Source: Octopus sinensis (Eukaryota). From it: a stretch of 64,000 bases of DNA. The stretch spans positions 69,254,001 to 69,318,000 of the forward strand of contig NC_043009.1 in NCBI RefSeq assembly GCF_006345805.1. Reading direction: 5' to 3'. The notes beneath the pieces are model-generated. The model was not told where the DNA came from. It did no database searches and was given only the letters and a program-made list of their open reading frames with translations. Made by a program: the position numbers and the translations under genes. This document shows positions 1-12,699 of the stretch, one piece after another; the stretch's first letter is position 1; every line of letters starts with the position of its first letter.

Positions 1-318
1 ATTTTACGAGGTTCTGGTCGCCTTCTGGCAAAGATTTTCTCCACAAATTTCTTAATTCTATATCTATATTGCCATTTGAAAGGTGTCTGTTAAAACTTTT
101 GTTGAAAACAAACTGCATTTTCCCAAAAGTTATGAGGGAAAGGCTCGAATCTTGTGAATTTTACGAGGTTCTGGTCGCCTTCTGGCAAGAGATTTTCTCC
201 ACAAATTTCTTAATAATTCTTATGTATGCCATTTGAAAGGTGTCTGTTAAAACTTTTGTTGAAAACAAACTGCATTTTCCCAAAAGTTATGACGGAAACG
301 CTCGGATCTTGTGAATTT
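1..318. repeat. Satellite array, variant A (about 2 monomers of ~157-160 bp)
   Basis: ATTTTACGAGGTTCTGG recurs at 1 and 158; the monomer ends in GAGGGAAAnGCTCGnATCTTGTGAATTT like variant B. Confidence 0.9.
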
Positions 319-2328
319 CCAGAAATCATCTCCCCACCCTTTTCGGAAAAGACTGTCCCCATAAACTTCTAGGTAATCTGAATGTATGTCAAAAGAAATG
401 CATTTCTATTAAATTTCACTAAAGAAAAACCAAATTTTCCTTAAAGATACGAGGGAAACGCTCAGATCTTGTGAATTTCCAGAAATCTTCTCCCCACCCT
501 TTTTGGAAAAGACTGTCCCCATTAACTTCTAGGTAATCTGAATGTATGTCAAAAGAAATGCATTTCTATTAAATTTCATTAAAGAAAAACCAAATTTTCC
601 TTAAAGATACGAGGGAAATGCTCGGATCTTGTGAATTTCCAGAAATCTTCTCCCCACCCTTTTTGGAAAAGACTGTCCCCATAAACTTCTAGGTAATCTG
701 AATGTATGTCAAAAGAAATGCATTTCTATTAAATTTCATTAAAGAAAAACCAAATTTTCCTTAAAGATACGAGGGAAATGCTCGGATCTTGTGAATTTCC
801 AGAAATCTTCTCCCCACCCTGTTTGGAAAAGACTGTCCCCATTAACTTCTAGGTAATCTGAATGTATGTCAAAAGAAATGCATTTCTATTAAATTTCATT
901 AAAGAAAAACCAAATTTTCCTTAAAGATACGAGGGAAATGCTCGGATCTTGTGAATTTCTAGATATCATCTCCCCACCCCTTTTGGAAAAGACTGTCCCC
1001 ATAAACTTCTAGGTAATCTGAATGTATGTCAAAAGAAATGCATTTCTATTAAATTTCACTAAAGAAAAACCAAATTTTCCTTAAAGATACCAGGGAAATT
1101 CTCGGATCTTGTGAATTTCCAGAAATCATCTCCCCACCCTTTTTGGAAAAGACTGTCCCCATAAACTTCTAGGTAATCTGAATGTATGTCAAAAGAAATG
1201 CATTTCTATTAAATTTCATTAAAGAAAAACCAAATTTTCCTTAAAGATACGAGGGAAATGCTCGGATCTTGTGAATTTCCAGAAATCATCTCCCCACCCT
1301 TTTTGGAAAAGACTGTCCCCATAAACTTCTAGGTAATCTGAATGTATGTCAAAAGAAATGCATTTCTATTAAATTTCACTAAAGAAAAACCAAATTTTCC
1401 TTAAAGATACGAGGGAAACGCTCGGATCTTGTGAATTTCCAGAAATAATCTCCCCACCCTTTTTGGAAAAGACTGTCCCCATAAACTTCTAGGTAATCTG
1501 AATGTATGTCAAAAGAAATGCATTTCTATTAAATTTCACTAAAGAAAAACCAAATTTTCCTTAAAGATACGAGGGAAACGCTCGGATCTTGGGAATTTCC
1601 AGAAATCCTCTCCCCACCCTTTTTGGAAAAGACTGTCCCCATAAACTTCTAGGTAATCTGAATGTATGTCAAAAGGAATGCATTTCTATTAAATTTCATT
1701 AAAGAAAACCCCAATTTTCCTTAAAGATACGAGGGAAACGCTCAGATCTTGTGAATTTCCAGAAATCCTCTCCCCACCCTTTTTGGAAAAGACTGTCCCC
1801 ATAAACTTCTAGGTAATCTGAATGTATGTCAAAAGAAATGCATTTCTATTAAATTTCACTAAAGAAAACCCCAATTTTCCTTAAAGATACGAGGGAAACG
1901 CTCGGATCTTGTGAATTTCCAGAAATCCTCTCCCCACCCTTTTTGGAAAAGACTGTCCCCATAAACTTCTAGGTAATCTGAATGTATGTCAAAAGAAATG
2001 CATTTCTATTAAATTTCACTAAAGAAAAACCAAATTTTCCTTAAAGATACGAGGGAAACACTCGGATCTTGTGAATTTCCAGAAATCCTCTCCCCACCCT
2101 TTTTGGAAAAGACTGTCCCCATAAACTTCTAGGTAATCTGAATGTATGTCAAAAGAAATGCATTTCTATTAAATTTCACTAAAGAAAACCCCAATTTTCC
2201 TTAAAGATACGAGGGAAACGCTCGGATCTTGTGAATTTCCAGAAATCCTCTCCCCACCCTTTTTGGAAAAGACTGTCCCCATAAACTTCTAGGTAATCTG
2301 AATGTATGTCAAAAGAAACGCATTCCTA
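319..2328. repeat. Satellite array, variant B, exact 160-bp period, ~12.5 copies
   Basis: GACTGTCCCC at 351, 511, 671 ... 2271 (every 160 bp); copies differ by only a few substitutions. Confidence 0.98.
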
Positions 2329-2478
2329 TCAAGAACTAACCAACAGATTTCATTCAAATTTTACACATGTCTTACTTAGGGTCCATGCTGTGTTATGGAC
2401 CAAAGAAATTTGCAACATCTTGCCTAATGCGAGCCAAGAGCAATCTCTTATCTCTTACACTATTTCGGTGTTACATGT
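2329..2478 (+). mobile_element. Helitron-related fragment abutting the satellite
   Basis: AGAACTAACCAACAGATTTCATTCAAATTTTACACATGTCTTACTTAGGGTCCATG aligns with ~4637-4790 of the Helitron below. Confidence 0.7.
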
Positions 2479-2804
2479 CTATATACATATATATATGTAT
2501 GTGTGTGCATACATATATATATATATATAATATATATATATATGTATGTATATATATATATGTGCATACATATATGTATGTATATATATATAGTGCATAC
2601 ATATATGTATGTATATATATATATGTGCATACATATATGTATGTATATATGTATATATATATATATATATATCATACATACATATATGTATGCACATATA
2701 TATATATACATACATATATACATCATATATGTATGCACATATATATATATACATACATATATACATACATATATGTATGCACATATATATATATATATAC
2801 ATAC

Positions 2805-2866
<62 letters not shown>

Positions 2867-2876
2867 ATATACATGT
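2479..2876. repeat. Compound (TA)n/(TATG)n microsatellite
   Basis: Direct inspection; source of spurious YI-rich ORFs. Confidence 0.97.
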
Positions 2877-3245
2877 ATCATCATCATCATTTAGCGTCCG
2901 CTTTCCATGCTAGCATAGGTTGGACGGTTCAACTGGGGTCTGTGAAGCCAGAAGGCTGCATCACGCCCAGTCTGATCTGGCAGTGTTTCTGCGGCTGGAT
3001 GCCCTTCCTAACGGCAACCACTCCATGAGTGTAGTGGGTGCTTTTTACGTGCCACCCGCACAGGTGCCAGGCGGCGCTGGCAAACGGCCACGGACGGATG
3101 GTGCTTTTCACGTGCCACCGGCACGGCGGCCTGGCGCGGCTGGCAACGGCCACGATCGGATAGTGCATTTTACGTGCCACCGGCACGGGGGCCAGGCGAA
3201 GCTGGCAATGGCCACGAATGGATGGTGCTTTTACGAGGCTGGCAA
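2877..3245 (-). mobile_element. 3' end of RTE-type LINE / its short derivative with (GAT)n tail
   Basis: CATCATCAT-TTAGCGTCCGCTTTCCATGCTAGCAT...GGATGCCCTTCCTAAC motif, the same as the 3' ends attached to RTE ORFs at 34207 and 41940; ~60-bp internal repeats. Confidence 0.85.
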
Positions 3246-3289
3246 CATGTATATATGTATACATATATATATATATATATTACAGGGTG

Positions 3290-3785
3290 AACACATGGTA
3301 TAAAACCGACAAATATCAAGTAGTGATGTTTGTAGACGCCACTTCCCATGAAGAACTAGCCCATAGATTTAGAAAACCTCTGAAGGAGACCAAACTCAAC
3401 ATTAAGATTGTTGAAAAGCCAGGGAACTCCGTGAGATCACAACCATGTGGGACAACGTACCCCTTTGAGAATACCATATGCATGGCGTGTAGGTTTAGCC
3501 TTGGCATTAACTGTAGCACTAGAAATATAGTTTACACCATGAGATGCATAGAAGGCACTTGTAAAGACCTGAACATCTAGGAGCATTGCGGAATGATTAA
3601 ATGAGCATCTGAGACAATATAATGGCAAAAAACAGTTCTCCATACTCCACCAACATGGAGGCAACCTGGGTTAACTTGACATCCACATCTTATCCAGGCA
3701 CCCAAAAGACAAAACCCTCAGACAAATATGGGAGTATGTCCTTATAAATGAAACTTCCCCAATACTAAATAGGAAATATACATAG
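3290..3785 (+). mobile_element. Penelope-like element relic (RT C-terminus/linker plus GIY-YIG endonuclease)
   Basis: WYKTDKYQVVMFVDAT...KIVEKPG...CMAC...NCSTRNIVYTMRC...LNEHLRQ...TLRQIWEYVLINETSPILNRK; stops and frameshifts. Confidence 0.75.
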
Positions 3786-4579
3786 TAGATGTCATACCCA
3801 CAGTTTACACAGGTAGAGTAGAATAGTTAGTGGGCTGTTATGTAGATAGATGTATGTATGTATGTGTACATGCACATGTATGCAATCATATGGATATGAA
3901 AATAAACAAATCAACATGCAGACGGATAGGTAGATAGGTTATATGAACAGACAAGCACACATACGCAAATGGAGACTGAAACACATGACCATATATGCAT
4001 ACACTCTTTACTTCACACAAGGACACATACGGAGACATGTGTCCACATCATCATCATCATTGTTCGAACGTGGTCGAGACAATGGAATTTACTATGCTAC
4101 GCCAGACACATGGAGATACACATCCATGCATACAAACACAGTACATAGTTTCAAAACACACTCAGACATGCACACACAAGGAGTCAGGTGCATACATAGA
4201 GAAACACACACACACACATACATAAAAAACACACTAACATGGACATGCAAGCACATGAATATGCAGAATACATACATACAGATGCAAACACATACATACA
4301 TACATATGCATACACACATATACGTACACACACATAGATGTGCACAAACAAAAAGGAACGCAGTGTAAATAACGAACAGAGTCAAGACTATTGAAAAGAT
4401 TGCAAGACGAAACGAAAAGTTTAGAAAAATGAAAATAAGAAATAAATGGAAATTTTACAGGTGAGTGTGTTACATAATAAGGCACAAAAAGAAAATGACT
4501 CTCTCCAGACACAACAGAATATGCTTCAACACACGAACTCATATAAAGAATCTTGCAAACCAAATCCAAAAACGAAATA

Positions 4580-5303
4580 TCTTTATATATATATAAAACT
4601 GAGAATGTCTGTCTGTCTGTGTGTTTCCCTAAAACTTGAGAACTACACAACCAATTTCATTCAAATTTTACACATGCCTTACTTAGGGTCCATGTAGTTT
4701 CATGGACAAAAAAAAATGTTCAACCTCTTGCCTAGAGCGAGCCCATAGCAATATCATATCTTCTCCACTATTTCAGTATTACATGTTAAAAGTAAAACAA
4801 AAATATTTCTCTATTTTATGTCAGATGCTTTCACTTTAACAATAAAAATAATAATAACAATTGAATTATATGTAGTAAGTAATAATTAAAATCAAGCTAA
4901 AGTATAATATAACCGTAACATAACAAAAGTAAAAATAGCAATTGGTATAAAATTGCATCAATGATTTGAATTTGAATAAGTGGTTTCACATGAATGGGAA
5001 TAAATTAAAAATAAAATTAGCGTGCAGAAATGGAATAGTCCAGATGGATAATAAAAAATTAAATTAAAGAAAAGACTATTGTCTATAAAGTATATAATGT
5101 AGAGAAAGAAGAAGAGCTAACAATTCCAGTCTGTTATATATTTTGTGTATTGTTATCACTAGCGATATCAAGATATAACTTTGTATTTTGCATTTTATGT
5201 GTAGATTTATATATATAAATGTACATGTAATATGTACACATATATATACACATTATACATGCACTAGCACTATGACCCGGCAACGACGGGTCTTTAATGC
5301 TAG
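4580..5303 (+). mobile_element. Non-autonomous Helitron (~724 bp)
   Basis: Inserted between A4579 and T5304; 5' TC then (TA)n-AAACTGAGAATGTCTGTCTGT; 3' hairpin GACCCG-GCAACGA-CGGGTC, 7 nt before terminal CTAG (5300-5303). Confidence 0.85.
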
Positions 5304-5380
5304 TATATATATATAAGAATTTTTTGCGTAATACGATAAAAAAACCAAGGGTATATAGATATTAGAGCATTTATAGATAG

Positions 5381-5432
5381 GTCTTACAGCTGTTTCTAGG
5401 ATATTAATTAATAATATCCCTTCATCGGAGAC
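5381..5432 (-). ncRNA. Degenerate minimal type I hammerhead-like motif (Penelope-LTR type)
   Basis: GTCT-CCGATGA-A-[9-bp stem]-A-GAAA-C-AGCT-G-TA-AGAC; palindromic helix III, GUA triplet; core CUGA mutated to CCGA. Confidence 0.55.
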
Positions 5433-5569
5433 GGTGTGAGAGGATGGTTAAGTCATAGATAGTTTAGATGTGATACAAAATAGAGAGTGAGGTGGAGGAA
5501 AGAAAATAGATGTAAGATATGTATGGGTATTATTATTTAATTGGATGCCACGCATCCATTTCCAATTAA

Positions 5570-6050
5570 GTACATATATATGTGTGTGTGTGTATATATA
5601 TATATGTATATATATATATATGTATGTATATATATATGTATATATACATATACGTGTATATATATATTTACATATATGTGTGTATATATGCATGTATATG
5701 TATATATACATATATATGTATATTTACATATATGTGTGTATATATACATATATATGTGTATATATATCTATATACATATATATGTATATATATATATGTG
5801 TATATATATATGTAGGTGTGTTTATATATATATATATATGCGTGTGTATCTATGTTTGTACCCTCCACCATCGCTTGACAACCGATGTTGCTGTGTTTAC
5901 GTCCCTGTAACTTAGCCATTTGGCACAACACACCGATAGAATAAGTGCTAGGCTTACAAAGAATAAGTCCTGGGGGCAATTTCTTCGACTAAAGGCGGTG
6001 CTCCAGCGTGGCTGCAGTCACATGACCAAAACAAGTAAAACAATAAAGAA
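5570..6050 (+). mobile_element. Expanded TA/TG microsatellite followed by the 3' half of a tRNA-derived SINE
   Basis: CATCGCTTGACAACCGATG...AAAGGCGGTGCTCCAGC matches the 3' half of the full SINE at 24843. Confidence 0.8.
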
Positions 6051-6384
6051 ACTATGCTGTTGTAATCCTGAGCAATGAGTACAGATGAAATAACAGCTGA
6101 CCATCCACACTGTCCAATATCATTTAACCCTGTTGGCTGTCTGAAAGACCTTCAACAAATAATTGCAGGTAGGGACACTGGTTTTCATTATGCAATCACA
6201 ATGTATTTTAACCAAATATATTCAAGGCTTATAAGTCAATATCATGCGACACCTGTGTTGCCATTAATTCACTTTTCAAAGTTGTCTCTACAGATATTCT
6301 TTAGTAACTGTAGGGATGACTTCAAAAAATGCTTTGACTAGTAGGATTTCCTGATTTCTAAGTAGATTAAAGAAAAATTTTCAT

Positions 6385-6715
6385 ATGTGTGGTAAGTAGC
6401 TGGTTCTGGGTTCAGTCCCACTGCGTGGCACCTTGGGCAAGTGTCTTCTAAACTAGCCTCGGGCCGACCAAAGCCTTCTGAGTCGATTTGGTAGATGGAA
6501 ACTGAAAGAAGCCCATTATATATGTGTATATGTTTGTGCGTCTGTGTTTGTCCCCCGAACATCACTTGACAACTGATGCTGGTGTGTTTACATCCCCGTA
6601 ACTTAGCGGTTTGGCAAAAGAGACTGATAGAAGAAGTACTGGGCTTACAAAGTCCTGGGGGTCGATTTGCTTGACTAAAAGGTGGTGCTCCAGCATGGCT
6701 GCAGTCAAATGACTG
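6385..6715 (+). mobile_element. tRNA-derived SINE (family of 24843 copy)
   Basis: GGGTTCAGTCCCACTG B-box region, CCTTGGGCAAGTGTC, internal TA/TG tract, conserved 3' body. Confidence 0.85.
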
Positions 6716-7421
6716 TCAGTTGACTAAATGTCTTTCTTTTTTGTTTTTTTATAACTTATCTCCAAAAGCAGAAATCACAAAGTATAAAACATTTTCTCTT
6801 TAGTTTTCCAATATTTTCCCCCTAGAAAAAGGTTTACTAACAAAGTAACTGTGAAAGAAGCTGCTTCCAAATTGTGCTTCAGGAACCACAGCAAGATTTT
6901 ACAAGGAAAATCTTACAGGATTAACAGTTCACATGGAAGAATGTACAGCTTTTCATGGAAACAACAGAAATACAAATTTTGGAGAACATTTGTGCAAAGG
7001 TTTGAAATAATGTCCATTCAAAATTGAGACAAATAATATTTAATATAAAACACAGTCAATACATCATAAACTTTGAAGAAAATGGTAAAAATCAAATTAG
7101 AAAATGCGCAACTTTCATCATACATAGATCAAGTTAATGAATTCTATGCATAATTTAGAGTTGAGATTAGTAAAAGACTTGATTGGATGTTCCAAATATA
7201 AAAGAAGGGAAGAATGATATAAGAGCAAACAAGCTTTATTTAGATTTCAAATCGCTATGAATATCCACAAAGATTGGTGCAGCCAGAACTCTGGAATTTG
7301 AGATTTACACTTGAAATGACAAAATGCATGAGATAATGTGGTCCACCACATTGTAGCACTGACAAAGGCCATAAAAACATAGTTTTATACATTTGTGCTT
7401 AGTCAACTGATTTACCAGTTG

Positions 7422-8210
7422 TCACAGTGATATTTCTTTGGTATGAACACGTTTATGGACAGTTACAGCAGTACTTTTGGAGAATGCTTTACCACAGATA
7501 TCACAACGATAGGGTTTCTCTCCTGTATGAATACGTTTATGTCCCTTCAAGATGTAACTTTGATTAAATGCTTTACCACAGATATCACAATGAAATGGTT
7601 TCTCTCCGGTATGAGTGCGCTTGTGGGTAGTTAATTGATAATTTCGAGGGAATGACTTACCACAGATATCACATTGATATGGTCTCTCTCCTGTATGAAC
7701 ATGTTTGTGAGCAATTAACTCAGCATTACGAGAGAATGATTTGTCACAGATATCACAGTGATAGGGCTTTTCTCCTGTATGAATACGTTTGTGTTTAATT
7801 AACTGGTTATTTTGATTGAATGATTTACCACAGATATCACAATGATATGGTTTTTCTCCAGTATGAATGCGTTTGTGATCAGTTAGGTTCGTACTTTTAG
7901 CGAATGATTTACTACACATATCACATTGATAAGGTTTCTCTCCTGTGTGAATACGTTTGTGTGTGGTTAAAATATCTTTACGAGTGAATGAGTGACCACA
8001 GATATCACATTCATATGGTTTCTCTCCTGTATGGACACGTTTGTGAATAGTTAACTCACCAGTTCGAGAGAATGCTTTACCACAGATATCACAGTGATAT
8101 GGCTTCTCTCCCGTATGAATACGTATATGAGTTGTAAGATGACCTTTTGTAGTCAATGACTTTTCACAAATATCACACTGATACAAAGACCTTCCTGAAT
8201 TTTTTGCCAT
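7422..8210 (-). CDS. C2H2 zinc-finger protein, paralog 1 (9 fingers, 262 aa)
   Basis: CxxC-x12-HxxxH repeats with TGEKPY linkers; ATG at 8210 (the track start 8243 is a TTG); acceptor TTTCAG|G at 8310. Confidence 0.93.
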   Translation of the reverse strand: MAKNSGRSLYQCDICEKSLTTKGHLTTHIRIHTGEKPYHCDICGKAFSRTGELTIHKRVHTGEKPYECDICGHSFTRKDILTTHKRIHTGEKPYQCDMCSKSFAKSTNLTDHKRIHTGEKPYHCDICGKSFNQNNQLIKHKRIHTGEKPYHCDICDKSFSRNAELIAHKHVHTGERPYQCDICGKSFPRNYQLTTHKRTHTGEKPFHCDICGKAFNQSYILKGHKRIHTGEKPYRCDICGKAFSKSTAVTVHKRVHTKEISL

Positions 8211-8892
8211 TTCGTAAGGACAAAAAACAACCTTTGTCTTCAAAAAATTATAGATATTGATGATGCTTCAGATCAAAAGTAATTTTTTCATACCAGTTTC
8301 ATCAAGGACCTGAAATAATAGAGAAACAGAATAAGATATAAAGAATAATTAAACTGTAGAGAATCACCAAAAATTCACATTTTTATGGTGATAAATTTTA
8401 GAATACAACTGAACTTATCCAGCGTATCACAACATGATTTCATACATAACAGAGCAGAAATAAACATCTAATAGAGATACATATCATACCACAGAAAAGA
8501 AATGTCTACTTGTCTTGATTGTTGGAAGCAAGGCTCACTACCAAGCGAAAAACATCATTTGTTTCTAGTTTTGCATAAACCCATCTCTGACCAACAAACA
8601 ATATTACCTTACTGGGAAACCTATGAGGATTGGTGACAGAAAGGGTTTGTAAAAAATCTGCCCAATGAATAATGTCTATACAAGCATGGGAAGGTGAACA
8701 TTAAAACGAAGACATACTACAGCAGATAATTACATACACGTATCATTATCAGTTTTTTATGTCAGCTTTTCCATGTCATCAAAGTTTTACAACAATGTTC
8801 TTCCTGATAGAAACCCCTTTTGGTCATCCCTTATAATATGCAAGGATACTGTGTACATCTTCTACATTATAATACATTAATTAACATACACA

Positions 8893-9420
8893 ATCATCAT
8901 CCTTTAATCGGTTAATGTCCACTTTTCATGCTGGCATGGGTTTGATGGTTTCACAGGAGCTGGGCATGAAGAAGACTACACCTAACTTCTGCATCTGTTT
9001 TGGTTTGATTTTTACGGCCGGATGCCCTTCCTAACACCCAACCACCCCGCAGAGTGGACTGAGCTCTTTTAACATGGCACAAACACAGGCAAGATGGTTT
9101 TGGCATGGTTTTTACAGCCAGATGCCTTCCAAATGCCAACCACTCTACAGTGTAGACTGGATGCATTTTATGTGGCACCAGCACTGGCAGGGTCACCAAG
9201 TAACTTGCAAGACAAAGATCCTTTGAGAGGGGAGGGGATGATGAAAGGTCAGAATGTGACATAGAGACAGGAGAGGTGTGTGACTGCAGAGGAAGAACAT
9301 GGTTACCTTGCCAAAGAAAGAGAGAGAGCGTGAGGACAGAAACAGGTATTCTGCTGTAGAGGGAAGAGCAAGAGAAGGGAGAGAGAGTGGAAGACAATGA
9401 GAGTGCAAGAGAGAGATGGT
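8893..9420 (-). mobile_element. Older RTE-tail-related dispersed repeat
   Basis: CATCATCAT tail, CCGGATGCCCTTCCTAAC duplicated; similar copy at 46930-47430. Confidence 0.65.
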
Positions 9421-9819
9421 GGCAAGGTGCTAGAGCATACTCACAAAGAGAGATTAGAATATAAATGGGATGGTAGAGTAAAAGAAGAGAGAGATAAATG
9501 GTGGGAAGTGTCAGAGCATACCCTGAAGCCATAATATCAGTTGCAGGGTATTGCAAAAAAAGCATGAGTGGGGAGTAGAGACTTCACATAGATGCACAGT
9601 ATAGAGGTGGGGAATGCAGTGACTGGTGAAAACCTGGGTACATAAAAGGGATAGGGGACTACAGGTGAGGACAGGATTGAGGAGTGAGATATAAGCATAG
9701 GGCATAAAAGAGGAAATGTGAGGAAGAGATGTAGTTTGGTTTGTTGGGGTAGGGTGAGGGAAAAGTTTTATTGTTACATGTGGGTAGAACACACAGCACT
9801 TCTAGAACTCAGATTTGCT

Positions 9820-10380
9820 GACGTGAGTGCATCTTGTCAAGGACCTCATATCGCCAGATATCTGGGTCTGTTGTCATTTCCTCCGTAGCTTTGTGAAAGC
9901 CATGTACAGAGGTGCTGTCAGCAAAGTGAGAGTTAATAAAGAGTATAGCTATGAATTCAGTGAGAACGTGGGATTGCATCAAGACTCAGTCTCCTCAAAT
10001 CCATTTTGTCCATTATAGTCCTTCAAGCCATTACACAGTTCAAGACCGCCAGCTCGTGTGAACTCACATTAAAATTGTTCACAGACTTCTTATTGCAGAA
10101 TCTGAAGTAGAATTAGAAAAGAAATTCCATGGATAGATGCAAAGCTTTGAATGGAGAAACCTCCAGCTGAATTTGGCGAAAATCAAAGTATTAGTAAATA
10201 TAAAGAAGTTAAGACAGTGCTCGAATCAGGAAAATAACCATACTCGATATATAGAAAAGGAGTAGGTAGGAATTGCATTCGGTGTATTACAAGGGTCAGG
10301 GTGGATATAAAAAACGAAATGAAATACCGAAAAGGGCACAGTTTCGAAATAGCAATCAGCACTTCATCGGGAAGGAAAAG
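9820..10380 (+). mobile_element. Decayed RTE reverse-transcriptase fragment
   Basis: AMYRGAVSKVRVNKEYSYEFSENVGLHQDS resembles the RT segment of the RTE at 35534-35818. Confidence 0.7.
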
Positions 10381-10745
10381 GACAAGCAATTAGGGACGAA
10401 GATAGATACTACTTAAATACAGAAGTCCCGACGCATCTACGTAACCCTAAAACTAACCCTAAGCCCCCTAACGAGTGTGCACTGTAAAAACATATCGATA
10501 CATAAGATGCATCGGGTCCTTTGTGTTTAATAAGTAGAGTCCGAAAATATCAGAGAAAAAAATAAAACATGAAATTTTAGGATAAATCTTTTCATTATTA
10601 TTATTATTATTATTATATCGTAAATCAAAGAATTGGGGGATTTTTCGTTTAGTATTCTTGTGTTGTGCTCTTTGCCTTCTCGAAAAGGTATTCCGAAAAC
10701 CTGTTTTCAAATATCTAATATAGTTTAAGCACGATAAATACTCAC

Positions 10746-10900
10746 TTCTACTTCTTTTCTTCACGTATCGTTGACCCAGTCGATTAAACTGGAGAAGAAG
10801 ATCTTCCGTGGATCGAATCGTTCTGGTTGATTGCTCGACGAAAGAAGATAAATCAGAGACTTATTGCTAACCACAGTTTCGTAGCCATTCCGATAACGGT
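10746..10900 (-). promoter_or_regulatory. Putative non-coding exon 1/promoter of ZNF paralog 1
   Basis: AAGTAGAA|GTGAGTATTT donor at 10745; CpG-containing block homologous to the upstream blocks of the other four paralogs. Confidence 0.65.
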
Positions 10901-11055
10901 ACGATTTAACCAGCGCTGTTAACCCTTCTAGACATAGCGGCTGGATTTCCCTTAAAGCACACCGTTCAGTCTTGAACCAAAGGAATATATTCCAATTTCA
11001 GCATACTTACTGCCGAAGTTAGTGTGCTAAATAAAAGACTATATTCAATAATGTA

Positions 11056-12680
11056 TTGGGTTGGGACAAAAGTTCGTAATGCTTTTTCAGTTGATTGTGT
11101 CTAAACAAATGATTTCGTTTCCCTCATGTCCGAAGCATATATCATACATATTTTCGGAAAAGTGACATTTCAGCACGTCTTTCTTTCCGATTAATTTGGG
11201 GATCGTTTACGTCTCCTGTTTTTACATTCAAAATGAAATTGATGGAAAATGCGGTACATTTTCGTCATTTGATGCTCTGTTATATCTGCATAGGAAAAAA
11301 GATGTATGCAGTTTATGGCGTTGGTGCTTTGTCAGGCAGCAAGTTAACAAATATGTTGGCAGACAGGAACCACTCCTGGTGCAGGTATGGTCATGTATCC
11401 TGTGACAACTCCCTGTCCAAAATCATCCTTCAAAGCAAAGTTGAGGAAAGGTGAAAGAAAGGCATAAAAAATTCTGGCTTGACAACATTGAGGACTGGAT
11501 AGGTCACAACCCTGTGATACTGTTACACATGAAAGAGAACAGTGTTCAGCAGCAACGGGTGACTGTAAAAGTGTCCAGAGTGGTACCCCAATGACTGGCT
11601 GCACCAGTTCAAGAGAACTTAGTGATGCCATTCGTCAAGGCACAGTTGAGGTAGGGTGAAAGAGGTTTACACTTAGTCTCACTTGCACATTGACATTACA
11701 CACCCACTGGAGCATGCAAGATTCGATTTTTTTTTTTTTTTCTCATTGGCATCTCAAGTTTTCTGCACATGTTAAGAGAATTCAGTGATACCATATTTGT
11801 AAGTGGTTAGCTCTGTTTGGGAGTGAAAAGTTTGATCTGATAAACAATGAACATTCTAGCATGATTACAGTCCAAATGACCAGGATGTAACACTCATCAA
11901 AAATCTTTCTGGTCACAAGACACGAGGCATTGCAGATATTCTCCACACATCCCATGTGAGTTTTATACAGCAATAAAAAATACTTGGATGCTCAATTTAC
12001 TGTGAAGTTTGGGGGTCCTCATAATTTAAGGAAACATCTTTTAATGGACCCCACTTCCCTCTCTGATTCTCAGCTGAAACACAACAAATTCAGCTCCTTT
12101 TTGAAAAGAATGATTGCAAATAATGAAATATGGATTGTTTACGACAATGTGGAATGTAAGAGATTTTGGAGGAAATAAAGTGAACTACTTTTGATCACTC
12201 CAAAGTTTGATTAGAATCGGCAGAATGTGATGCTCTGAGTCTTGGAAGGGCATTGCATATTACAAGCTCCTTCAGCAAAATGGGACATTAAATTCAGACA
12301 GTTTTTGTTTTCAATTAGAATGACTAAAGGAGGAATCAATGTAAAACATCCAGAATTTGCCAATCTGAAGGAATCATCTTCCTTCAGAAGAATGTTAAAC
12401 AGAAATTGATATAGCTTGACTGTGATATCCTACCACAGCTACTGTACTCAGCTGACTTTGCACCTTCAGATTGCCATTTATTTTTGATTCCTGCTAAATC
12501 CTCTTAAAGCAAAGAACTACAATTCTTTGGAAGACTATAAAAACCACTTAGACTAGATCATGATTCAGAAAGATGTCAAGTTCTGGGAAGATGGCATCAT
12601 AAAACTGCTTCAAAGATATAGAACACCTCATAAAAGATTATATTTTCATGGCTGGAAAAAAACTGATATTGTCTGCTCAA
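11056..12680 (+). mobile_element. Decayed mariner (DD34D-type) element with nested RTE fragment (~11200-11790)
   Basis: TA-TTGGGTTGG TIR at 11056, degenerate right TIR ending CAA-TA; LKRMIANNEIWIVYDN (VTGDEKW motif) and DLAPSDCHL-like remnants; nested RYGHVS..SLSKIILQ RTE C-terminus. Confidence 0.75.
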
Positions 12681-12699
12681 TAGGGTTGACCTGGGGTGG

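Noticed and set aside
2306-6000. Many long YI/MYV/HT-rich ORFs in the track
   Set aside because: Translations of TA/TG/CA microsatellites with no stop codons by composition
8211-8243. Track start [11 protein letters not shown] for paralog 1
   Set aside because: Begins at TTG; the homologous ATG (MAK/MAE) is at 8210
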